Positions 53,097 to 64,000 of a DNA stretch of 64,000 bases are shown here, in pieces (position 1 is the first letter of the stretch; the number at the start of each line of letters is the position of its first letter). Made by a program: the position numbers and the translations under genes. The notes beneath the pieces are model-generated. The model had not been told where the DNA came from, ran no database searches, and saw only the letters and a list, made by a program, of their open reading frames with translations. The DNA is from Octopus vulgaris (lineage: Eukaryota), in contig OX597831.1 of assembly GCA_951406725.2 (NCBI GenBank), positions 57,784,001 through 57,848,000 on the forward strand, read 5' to 3'.

Positions 53097-53729
53097 ATGA
53101 ATAAATGAAAGAATGGAGTCAAACGAAGATGTTAACAAAATTCCTTTACTCTTGACATATAAATGATAACGATAGTCACTGAGGTTTGGACAATTAGCTT
53201 AACGTGCACTCCACTTCAATAGCGAAATTCTTTCCTAAGCCTTCGAACATTCTTTTAATCAACGTACCCTTCCCTCTCCACTTGTTCCCTACCTATTATT
53301 CCTTTAACCCTTCTCTTCCTACTATCTATCTTTGACGTCAATTCTTCTAACGGTTTTTTAAAAAACTCTCATTATCCTGTTGTTTACCATGTAGGCAGTC
53401 ATCAAAATTTTTGTTTGTCTTGTTGTCGAGAGAGGCTCCCTTTCTTTCCTGATGAGAAGATTGCATAATGTACCCTTTATTCCTTTGGAATGAAACCATG
53501 TTGTCTTTGAAACATATGTCGAGAGTAAAGGAATTTTGTTAACATCTTCGTTCGACTCCATTCTTTCATTTATTCATATACAACACACAAATTTCTGCAC
53601 ATGAACCCAGAGTTTCTAACCTTGGACAGGTCGCTTCAACCGTGTTTCTGACGTGAATTTGCTACCCTGGTATCGGTTCAACGAATTTTCCATGCTGACT
53701 ACAAACATAGGATAATTCATTCACCTATT

Positions 53730-53730
<1 letters not shown>
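53097..53730 (+). mobile_element. Solo pLTR-like element with an inverted partial copy (53097-53160 vs 53515-53578) and a tail
   Basis: Inverted repeat, internal hammerhead and (TA)n flanks. Confidence 0.75.
53444..53525 (+). ncRNA. Type I hammerhead ribozyme with canonical core and extended stem II
   Basis: ctttc CTGATGA gaagat...gtcttt GAAAC atat GTC gagag; palindromic stem III acatatgt. Confidence 0.8.
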
Positions 53731-53790
<60 letters not shown>

Positions 53791-53801
53791 TATATAGAAG
53801 G

Positions 53802-53852
53802 AGCTTCTACAGGACTAGTACTGTTTCATTCAAGAGAAATCTTCAGGAAGCT
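53802..53852 (-). ncRNA. Type I hammerhead ribozyme
   Basis: agcttc CTGAAGA tttctcttgaat GAAAC ag tactagtc ct GTA gaagct. Confidence 0.8.
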
Positions 53853-54230
53853 ATTTAACAAGAATTGTATTAGCATTTATACATTTAGGCAGGTTTAAAG
53901 GAGTGGTGGTGGGGGACTTTTTGGGGGTAGGCATAGCGCAAAATATCATACTTGGGGGAGTGGTCAAGGAGTCAGTGGTAAGTTAGATGAAAGAATAGAT
54001 AAATAAAAAAATAAAAAATAAAAAATAAAAAAATAAAATAAAAAAATAAAAAAATAAAAAATATAAAAAATATATATAAAAAAATATATATATAAAAAAA
54101 TATATATATAAAAAAATATATATATAAAAAAAGGGGGGATAGAGTTATAGGTAAATAAGGAGATTCTCACTTATACCTATACACACATGTATACGTATCT
54201 ACACACACATACATACATACACATATATAT

Positions 54231-54279
<49 letters not shown>

Positions 54280-54817
54280 CCTACACATACACACATACAT
54301 ACATACAAATATACATATACATATATATATATACAATCCAATACAGGCCCATTCCCTAATTTTAATTTTATTATCTTCATTTATTACTTTAGATATGTAG
54401 ATATGTAGATATCTATTTTAATTTTATTATCTTCATTTATTACTTTAGATATATAGATATGTAGTTTATATATATATATATGTATGTATATGCATCTGTC
54501 TGTGTGTGTGTATGTGTATATATGTGTATCATTTTTGCGTATGTATACATGTATATGTGTATATGTATGTGTGTGTGTGTGTGTGTATGTATATATATAT
54601 ATATATATGTGTATATATATGTATATATATATGTATATATGCATACGTATGTGTATGTACATGTATATATGTATGTGTGTATATGTATATATGTTTATAT
54701 ATGTGAGTATGTAGTGATATAAGTATATGCATGTGTATGTATGGGTATGTGTACCAGTGTATATGTATATATGTATGTGTGTGTGTACGTATATGTATGT
54801 ATATGTGTATATATGTA

Positions 54818-54854
<37 letters not shown>

Positions 54855-54917
54855 GTGTATATGTGTGTATGTATGTGTATGTGTATGTATGTGTATGTGT
54901 ATCTATATATGTATATA

Positions 54918-54959
<42 letters not shown>

Positions 54960-55433
54960 TGCGTGTGTGTATGTATGCATATATGTATGTATGCATGTAT
55001 ATGTGTATGTATATATATGTGTGTAAGTGTGTGCATATATGTATTTGTAAGTATGTGTGCGCGTATGAGTATGTATGTATGCTTGCACACGTGTATATAT
55101 ATATGGATGCGCGTGCGTGTGTGCACGTGTATGGGTACGCATGTATATGTGTATGTGTGTGTATGCGTATACGTGTATGTATGTATGTCTGTGCGTAGAT
55201 TTGTATATGTATGTGTGAGTGTGTATATATATATATATATATATATACATATATATAGATGGGTGTGTGTATGCGTATAAATGCATGTAAGTATGGATGT
55301 ATGGATGTATGTATGTATGTATACGTATGTATGTGTGTATGTGTGTATGTATATATATGTGTGTGTATATATGTTTGTGTATGTATATATATGTGTATGT
55401 ATGTGTGTGTATATGTATGTGTGTATGTGTATG

Positions 55434-55477
<44 letters not shown>

Positions 55478-55930
55478 TATGTATCTGTATGTAGGAGTAT
55501 ATATATATGTGTGTGTGTATGTATATGCGGGTATATATATATATATGTATATTTATTGGTGTATATGTATAGACTAGCCTCCTAAAGTGTAGACACGAAT
55601 CTGTAGGTACGAGTACGTATGTGTATATACGTGAACGTATGTAGATGTTTGTATGTATGAATATAACGCGTGCGTACGTGTATGTGTATGAGTGTACGAA
55701 TGGGTGAATGTACGTGCTAATGAGTGTGCGTGCGGGAATGAGTACTTGCCTTCTAGTAGACAGACAAATGGACATGCAGCCATTGCCAGGATTCTTAGCC
55801 CTAGCGATCAAAGATAACAAAAGTAATAAATGAAGATAATAAAATTAAAATTAGGGAATGGGCCTGTATTGGATTGTATATATATATATGTATATGTATA
55901 TTTGTATGTATGTATGTGTGTATGTGTAGG

Positions 55931-55971
<41 letters not shown>

Positions 55972-56367
55972 ATATATATGTGTATGTATGTATGTGTGTG
56001 TAGATACGTATACATGTGTGTATAGGTATAAGTGAGAATCTCCTTATTTACCTATAACTCTATCCCCCCTTTTTTTTATATATATATATTTTTTTATATA
56101 TATATTTTATATATATATTTTTTTATATATATTTTTTATATTTTTATTTTTTTATTTTTTTATTTTATTTTTTATTTTTTTATTTATTTATTTATTTTTA
56201 TTTTTTTATTTTTTTATTTATCTATTCTTTCATCTAACTTACCACTGACTCCTTGACCACTCCCCCAAGTATGATATTTTGCGCTATGCCTACCCCCAAA
56301 AAGTCCCCCACCACCACTCCTTTAAACCTGCCTAAATGTATAAATGCTAATACAATTCTTGTTAAAT

Positions 56368-56418
56368 AGCTTCCTGAAGATTTCTCTTGAATGAAACAGT
56401 ACTAGTCCTGTAGAAGCT
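56368..56418 (+). ncRNA. Type I hammerhead ribozyme (identical mirror of 53802-53852)
   Basis: Same motif on the plus strand. Confidence 0.8.
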
Positions 56419-56501
56419 CCTTCTATATAATAAATTAATTTTACTCTGCTATGTATTGAGTACCTTACTTACTGTGGTTAACCCCGAATCAACCCGGGAC
56501 C

Positions 56502-56559
<58 letters not shown>

Positions 56560-56567
<8 letters not shown>

Positions 56568-56738
56568 TATATACAATGGGCTTCTTTCAGTTTCCGTCTA
56601 CCAAATCCATTCACAAAGTTTTGGTCAGCCCAAGGCTATAGTAGAAGACACTTGCCCAAGGTGTCATGCAGTGAGACTGAACCCGGAACCATGTGGTTCG
56701 TTAGCAAGCTACTTACCACACAGCTACTCTTACGCCTA
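56560..56738 (-). mobile_element. SINE family A, 5' half
   Basis: gggcttctttcagtttccgtctacc...ccacacagc. Confidence 0.8.
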
Positions 56739-57387
56739 TATTATGATGAAAATGATGATAGTAGTGAAGTTAGGCATCAAATGATATAAACAGACGATAT
56801 CCAAACAAAAGAATATGCATTTATCCCAAAATAAGAACTTGGAAACAATATATATGTAAGAGAGCAATTCTTCCACACATGGAAAAGAAAACTTTCAACC
56901 TCAAATGCCATATACATTAATAACCACAGCAGCTAGTCAGACAGGCTAACTACTGTACTTGTTTCTTTATATTTGTTCTTGGTATTAAGAAAAATTATCT
57001 AGTCTCCTGAGTTATTAGAAGTAGGGTATAATTTGAGAAATTTTGACTGTTATTTCTAACATGTTGAGCGACTCTGTAGAGGCCTCCTCATTGGCATGTA
57101 TTATTCCTGCATTCAGAGGATGTCGAATTTATTAATAAATATAGAGGGAAGTCAGGGTAACTTGTACCATGAAATAAGGCTAACTTGTAGAAAAACCACC
57201 GACGGAGAATCTCAGCCAGTAGTTTTCAACCAGGGTCCATATAAGATTTTAGGGGGTTCACACACCAAAATAGTAAATTGGGGATCCACGATAGTGTTTT
57301 AAGGACTTCTGAAAAACTTTTGCTTCATATGTATAGGTATTTATTGCAAGAAACAGCTAGGTTTCTTTCTCTAACATTTTACAAGGG

Positions 57388-57783
57388 TGCAGGCGTAGCT
57401 GTGTGCTAAACAGCTTGCTTTCCAACCACATGGTTCCAGTTCAATCCCACTGTGTGACATCTTGGACAAGTGTCTTCCTTGGGCCGACAAAAGTCTTGTG
57501 AATAGATTTGGTAGACAGAGACGGAAAAAAAACCATCGTATATATTTATGCGTCTGTTTGTCCCCCCCCCCCCATTGCTTGACGACTGATATTGGTGCGT
57601 TTACATTCCAGTAACTTAGTAGTTCGGCAAAAGAAACCAACCGAAAAAGGGCTAGGTGTAGTATTGAGCTACCACACTAGGCTTACAAAGGAATTTGTCC
57701 TGGGGTCGATTTCTTCAACTAAAACCCTTTAAGGCAGTGCTCCAGCATGATTGCAGTCAAATGACTGAAACAGGTAAAAGAAT
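57388..57783 (+). mobile_element. SINE family A, diverged
   Basis: Homology. Confidence 0.75.
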
Positions 57784-57921
57784 AGTTCAACCTACACAAG
57801 TTAACGTGTGAAAAACAAAATAGAAATTTTGAAAGAAATTTCTATAAAACTAGCTTTTAAACATGGAATGGGTATAGGGGTCGACCAGAATAAAATAGTA
57901 ATCAAAGGGGTTCATAGATAA

Positions 57922-58290
57922 ATAAGAGCATTCTGAGAGCGCAAACCTCCGCCAAGGCAACACCAACGTCCTTTCAACGATTAGCCAGAGATGATTTTTT
58001 AAAAATGAGAATATCTGAAATAAACTGGACTGCTCTCAAACGAGAATGCTAAAAACGAACCCCACTGCGCTCAAAAACTAAGTAACAGGGAAAATAATCC
58101 AGAATCCTTGCCTGGTACCATATCGATCCCCAAATCTAATCAGTTTGTACCAGCCACGAGACCAAACATCCCTGAAAGTTTCATCCGAATCCATCCAGCT
58201 GTTCTTGAGATATCTTGTCCACGGACAAACAAGCAAACAAAACAAACGACTGTAAACAATATTTCCACCTCTGCCAGAGCGGAGTTAAAA
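57922..58290. mobile_element. Helentron/DINE-1-like non-autonomous element
   Basis: Subterminal acctccgccaagg near the left end, acctctgccagagcggagt hairpin near the right end, internal (CAAA)n. Confidence 0.5.
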
Positions 58291-59221
58291 ATGGTTGAGA
58301 GCCCCTGCTCTATGCAGTAATTTGACCTGCTAGAAATAGTAGACAAATCTCTCCCAGATCCCACCCCTACAGTCTTTAAAAGCGATGCATCGAATAATAT
58401 AGTCTGAGATACTCCAAATCTGAAAAGATGAAATAGCCATGACTATAATGATTTTGATCATAAGTTTACCAGATCAGGTTTGACAAGGGGCTAGACATTA
58501 ACGACAGCACAAAACGAGACTTTATCTCTTCAAAGTGAAATTAACACAATAATATTTATCTTCATAGAAAACATAACATATTATTTGTCATGTTAACAAT
58601 GTGAACCTGCTACGTGTTTTTTATTTTATTAAATTTTTTTTTTTTTGACATGCAACTATTGCTTTCAAGTGGTTTTTATGACAAATCTCATGTCCTCGTT
58701 TGTCTTTCGCAAAGAGATTGATGGATTCTTATTTATTGCTTCGTGCAAACTGGCACGCCTCTCTTCGTCAACTTTTATATTACACCCACTGCTTTTGGGT
58801 AACGCTTCTTGTTTTCCGATCGTCTAAAATTATCGTTCCGAGTTTTCAAATGAATGAATGGATTAAGATCTTGAAGTCCACCTGATATAAGGGAAATAAC
58901 AGGGGAAATAACTCGTCATTACTATGTACATATTTTGGCTTTCTGTGATTGAAAATATCGGTTGTGAAGTGGGGGTTCCTCTTGTGTTTTAAATCTTGAC
59001 AGTGTACTATCCGCCTGATAAAATCCTCCGTGCTGTATCTTCCTGTGTGAAGATGCACTATTATTGACTAATTAAATCAAGTAAATCTAAGCGAAATGCC
59101 CTCAATTCACAGCATGTGTTCAAGATTTCTGTCATCATCATTATTATTTAACATGTCTTAAATGGATTCAACAAGCTTCAGAACCGAGTCGACCTCCAAT
59201 GTTAGCTATGGTATAGTTTCT

Positions 59222-59452
59222 TATTTCTTTATTGCCCACAAGGGGCTAAACACAGAGGGGACAAACAAGGACAGACAAAGGGATTAACTCGATTATAGCG
59301 ACTCCAGTGCATAACTGGTACTTAATTTATCGACCCCGAAAGGATGAAAGGCAAAGTCAACCTCGGCGGAACTTGAACTCAGAACGTAACGGCAGACGAA
59401 ATACGGCTAAGCATTTCGCCCGGTGTGCTAGCGATTCTGCCAGCTCGTCGCC
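59222..59452 (-). mobile_element. SINE family B
   Basis: Homology. Confidence 0.85.
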
Positions 59453-59962
59453 CTATGGTATAGTTTCTGTGACTGAATACCCTTCCTAATTCCTAATGCA
59501 AGCCACTTTACAGTGTGTGCTGGCTGCGTCTTATTTCGTGAGACCAGCATTAGCAAGGTTGTCAAAATTCTCCCTTGATTACGTGAAAGGGTATTTGACA
59601 GAGGAGGAGATGGTTTTATGCCAGGTGTTAAAAGGCTAAAGAGACAAGCAAAGATGTCTTGCAACAGAGGAGATATACGGCTACTTCGTATTTTATAAGA
59701 GTGGGTAGAAATAGCTGGAAGATGAAGATAGTGGTGACAAGGCGCTGGAATGTAGTCTCAAGGTACAAGAAGATAAATATGAGAGAATATGAGGGAAGGA
59801 TAGAGTAGGCAATTTCGTAAGAGTGGGAGGAGAGCGACAGAGGGCAGGTTGGGTAAGGGTGAATGCAGTGAGCAATGAACAAAGGTGGTTGATGGTAAAT
59901 ATCTGTATGGCAGGAGGAAGGTGAGAGAGGTAGAAGCGATATTCACTGCAATTATATTTCAA

Positions 59963-60392
59963 TACTCTTTACTCTTTTACTTGTTTCAGTCATTTGACTG
60001 TGGCCATGCTGGAGCAGCGTCTTTAGTCGACCCCAGGACTTAATCTTTGTAAGCCTAGTACTTATTCTATTGGTCTCTTTTACCGAACTGCTAAGTTACG
60101 GGGATGTAATCACACCAGCATCGGTTGTCAAGCGATGTTGGGGGTACAAATACAGACACACAAACGTATACACACACATACATACATACACACACACACA
60201 CACATATATACATATATATACATACATACATATATACGATGGGCTTCTTTCAGTTTCCGTCTACCAAATCCACTCACAAGGCTTTGGTCAGCCCGAGGCT
60301 TGAATAGCCACCTCAGATACCAAGGTGCTAGGCAGTGGGACTGAACCCGGAACCTTGTGGTTCGTAAGCAAGCTACTTACCACACAGCCATA
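59963..60392 (-). mobile_element. SINE family A with a 25-bp templated replacement
   Basis: Homology; 60297-60321 is foreign. Confidence 0.85.
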
Positions 60393-60674
60393 ATTATAGT
60401 TTATTAAGCTGGTCATCATCGTTGGCATTAACTTGTATCTGAGCTGTTAATCTGTAGTGATTGATTCAGCCTCTTCATCTTGATGTGTGCGACAGGTGCC
60501 GGTATCTGAGGTGGCTATTCAAGCCAAAGACGGAATTAAGTTGGTACTAATAGGGAATTTAAGTAGTTCTAAAGTAATGGGGCATGAAATGATTTCAGCC
60601 ATGAATTGAAATTTCGAAGCAGAAACTGATTTGCCTTACTGTATATACTATGTATATACAGTAGTATATACATA

Positions 60675-60903
60675 GGTGGCGAGCTGGCAGACACGTTAGC
60701 ACACCGGGCAAAATGCCTAGCAGTATTTCGTCTGCCACTATGTTCTGAGTTCAAATTCCGCCAAGGTCGACTTTGCCTTTCATCCTTTCAGAGTCGATAA
60801 ATTAAGTACCAGTTATGCACTGGGGTCAATGTAATCGACTTAATCCCTTTGTTTGTCCTTGTTTGTCCCCTCTGTGTTTAGCCCCTTGTGGGTAGTAAAG
60901 AAA
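60675..60903 (+). mobile_element. SINE family B
   Basis: Homology. Confidence 0.88.
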
Positions 60904-61271
60904 TATGTATATACATAGTATCCAACTTTATTGAGTATTGACATCAAATGTTGGCAATTATATTGGTATTTATGTAATCAACATGAGAAAAAAAGATAAT
61001 GCTATCTCTTGCAGAGTTGAACCATCATGTGATATCCAGACAAGGAGACACAAATATATACCCACACATATATATTGCTTCCAGAGCAATTTTGGGAGTG
61101 GGATAGGTTGTTTAGATTGACCCTAGTGCTCAACTGGTACTTCTTTTATCAACCCTGAAAGGATGAAGGGCAAAGCTAAACTTGATGAAATTTGAACTCA
61201 GAAAGTAAAGGTGGACAAAATTCCACTAAGCATTTTGTCTGGTGTGCTAACAAGTCTGCCAGTTGGCCACC

Positions 61272-61717
61272 TTATATCCAGGTGTCTTTGACAATGACTG
61301 CCTCCGGTGCATTCTTCGCTGCGTCGGGTGGATCGAGTTCCCACCGCCAATCTCCGACTTTGCCTGTCTCTACGGCCACTTCTATCTGTCCTTCTGCAAT
61401 GGTACTTGCGGTGGTTTGGCCATGCATGTAGGCGTCCGGTGGGTGAACTGAGCCGTGATGTCCTTCTCCCAACTGGCGGAAACACGCGGGCGGGCAGCTG
61501 AAGACCTGGACTATGACAATAAAGGAGGACCTCTCTGTGCTCATGGGTCTGCAGGTGGTCGGCCTGCGCTGATGGAACCGTGACTGGCTCGCTATCTCCA
61601 GTGAACTGCCGCAGGACCGTCATGCGTGGGCTGCCATGGTTCGAGATGCCTCGAGGGTGGTAGAAGAAGCCGACTCAACCCGCCCAGGGTGAATGTCACC
61701 ACAAGTACAAGTAAGTA
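61272..61717 (+). mobile_element. RTE-clade LINE 3' fragment (second family)
   Basis: VFDNDCLR..LRWFGHACRR..GGQLKTW..QDRHAW; tail caagtacaagtaagta. Confidence 0.8.
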
Positions 61718-62954
61718 CTTTATATCCACACACACACACAAATGATTGATAAAAAAAATAAATACTAATGCAGTTGTCTGATTCAAGCTGTAACCATTTC
61801 ATCGTTTTGTATATGAGAAACTATATTATCTAAAGTTTTCTTCCTTTAAAACAGTAGAATATCATTTGAGGGAGAAATGGCAACTATTTCTACAAGTCAT
61901 TTAGCAGAATTCTTAGAGCTTTGTATAAAATACCCATGTTATTTAGTTATGGCACTTTATGTCCTGATTTCAAACCCCACCAAACATTAGTTTTTAACCT
62001 TCCATGGTAGATAAAATGGAGTATAAATACTGGGTTGGCTTAATATTTCTCTAAAGTATTGCAGATGTGAATGGAATTATAATAAGTAGTACATTTTAAA
62101 AATAAACACAAATAACAAAAGACAGAATATGCAGATGTTAAAATAAACATGCATTTGTTTATTCTAGACACTTTAGTAATGATTTAATGTTTATTAAGCA
62201 TGGATGTGTTACACTAGAGGTTATCAGAATTACCTGCCAAGAGATATGCAGGTCATATCTTGATATTGACACTGTAATGTTTCTCTAGTTAAAACACGTA
62301 GTTAAGGGCAGTGACATTTGCCTGAGGTGTGTGTGTATGTGTGTGCGCGCGCGCGTGCAGGTAAAACATAATAGGAACAATTTGACTTTTTTAAACAATA
62401 ACAGTACTTTAAAATAAACAAGCTTAAAATGATGAGTAGAACTGTGAATGTCAATGTATGTATAGATTAGAGGAAACCTACAAAGTACCAGAACAGAGGC
62501 AAGATGATACACAATGTGTCCAAAGAGGCTTTACAAAACACTCACCCTATCAGGTCCACAAGTGATTGGGTTTTGCAAGGATGGCAAAGAGGATCACTGA
62601 TTTTGTCAGCCATGCTGCACAGAAATCTACCTTGGGTTAAGAGAGCTGATTCATTAGTAGTTAGTTGGTGCCTGATGTTGAGGGACCCAGTTCCATTACT
62701 TTGACTTTTGCTCCAAAGAGAAAGCACCAGTTGATATTACTTATAGCATCTCATGAATATCTCTTTATCAGAAGTCTTGAAGTAATCTGACAGTAGTTAG
62801 CAAACAATAAAAACATACATTTACATTTCTATATGCACATGTATGTCTATTTGTGTATGTGCGTAGTTATTTATGTATGATTATATATTTATGTGCATAT
62901 CTGTATGTCTGAGTGTATATATATATACATACACACACATATATATATATATAT

Positions 62955-63172
62955 ATCATCATCATCATCATCATCATCGTTTAACGTCCGCTTTCCATGC
63001 TAGCATGGGTTGGACGGTTCAACTGGGGTCTTTCAAGCCCGAAGGCTGCACCAGGCCAGTCAGATCTGGCAGTGTTTCTACAGCTGGATGCCCTTCCTAA
63101 CGCCAACCACTCCGAGAGTGTAGTGGGTGATTTTATGTGCCACCGACACAGGTGCCAGACGAGGCTGGCAGA
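62955..63172 (-). mobile_element. 3' UTR and (GAT)n tail of the RTE-PHD LINE
   Basis: Reverse complement of 2400-2612. Confidence 0.88.
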
Positions 63173-63210
63173 CATATATATATATATATATAGACATATA
63201 TATATATATA

Positions 63211-63577
63211 TATAATCAAAATAAGCAACAAGTATATCCAAGGTAGAGTAGTACAATTGTTTCATGCTATTTCATTTTATTAAACACTGTAAGTATTACA
63301 CCAGTTTTAAAATGTTGAGTAATCTTCAACCACTTATAGAATTTTCCAATCCGTTTAATTGGAAAATTCTATAAGTGGCTGAAGATTGCTCAACATTTTA
63401 AAACGGATGTAATAATACAGCGTTTAATAAAATGAAGTAGCAAGAAACAATTGGATATACTTGTTGCTTATTTTGATTATAATCACCCCATTTGATTTAT
63501 ATGGATGATACCATACAAAATTCTGGCCCCTTTAATTAAAGTACCATATTCATCTGAATCTAAATTTTGCTGAACTT
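63211..63577. mobile_element. Small fold-back pLTR-like element with two hammerheads (minus 63247-63334, plus 63374-63453 truncated) and tail 63482-63577
   Basis: agtgg (C/T)TGAAGA tt(g/a)ct...agca(a/t) GAAACAATTGTA ctact; arms meet at loop 63351-63357. Confidence 0.75.
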
Positions 63578-63598
63578 ATATATATATATAGACATATA

Positions 63599-64000
63599 TA
63601 TTGGGTCATCCCATAAACAATGCGGTTTTTTTTAATACTTTTATTTTTCAAAATTAAGATGAGCAAAGTTCTTTTTAAATCTAAAATATTCTCTCCTTCA
63701 CTTTCAACACTGCTCTTCCACCTATCTGGTAGACTAGCAAGGACCCTCTTCCAAAATTCATTTGTTTTTCTTGATGAAAAAAACTCCTCCAGTACTGTTC
63801 TGACCTCATCTACAGAATTCATATTTTTCCGTCCAAATGATTTTGAAGACTGCAGAATAAATGATAATCGGATGGGGCAATGTCTGGCGAATATGATGGG
63901 CGGGGGATGGTTTCTCATTCAAACTGCTCCAGCCTTTGAAATGTCATCCTTGCTGTGTGAGGCTGAAAATGATCCTGATGGAAGAACACCTTTTGTCTTG
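63599..64000 (-). mobile_element. Mariner transposon remnant (3' end and TIR; runs off the window)
   Basis: YSPDIAPSDYHLF on the minus strand; TA followed by ttgggtcatcccataa terminal. Confidence 0.85.

Larger units (their letters stand above)
53786..56503. mobile_element. ~2.7-kb fold-back element (arms ~53786-54390 and ~55820-56434, tail 56435-56503)
   Basis: ~600-bp reverse-complement arms around a microsatellite-rich spacer. Confidence 0.9.

Noticed and set aside
58775-58881. Possible minus-strand host exon (pyrimidine-rich acceptor, GLQDLNPFIHLKTR...VI*)
   Set aside because: Only 35 codons, no recognisable homology or partner exons; needs RNA-seq
62542-62727. Possible minus-strand exon ending at G|GTGAGT
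   Set aside because: No recognisable domain or clear acceptor

Overview
AT-rich, repeat-saturated eukaryotic DNA; the SINE/RTE repertoire suggests a cephalopod (octopus-like) genome, which is an inference. No convincing host protein-coding gene was found, and most track ORFs are microsatellite artefacts. Two things stand out. (1) An apparently full-length, young RTE-clade LINE (ORF 20569-23637: APE endonuclease, RT, and a C4HC3 PHD finger inside the RT C-terminal region). It is preceded by a 23-bp G4-type minisatellite and about 6.5 near-identical ~614-bp monomers. The whole ~8.8-kb block (15478-24310) appears to split one older hammerhead-bearing repeat, so the array may be the LINE's own 5' UTR; a putative GT-AG intron lies just upstream of the ORF. 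(2) At least five non-coding fold-back (inverted-repeat) elements of 0.3-6.9 kb carry outward-facing type I hammerhead ribozyme motifs and a one-sided tail. They are Penelope-pLTR-like, sit in (TA)n tracts (often inside one SINE family), and lie near a decayed Neptune-type Penelope RT/GIY-YIG ORF. Also present: four tRNA-type SINE families, older RTE/Tx1 fragments, two mariner remnants, Helitron/Helentron-like elements and a U6 pseudogene. All structures were read by eye, and boundaries are approximate.
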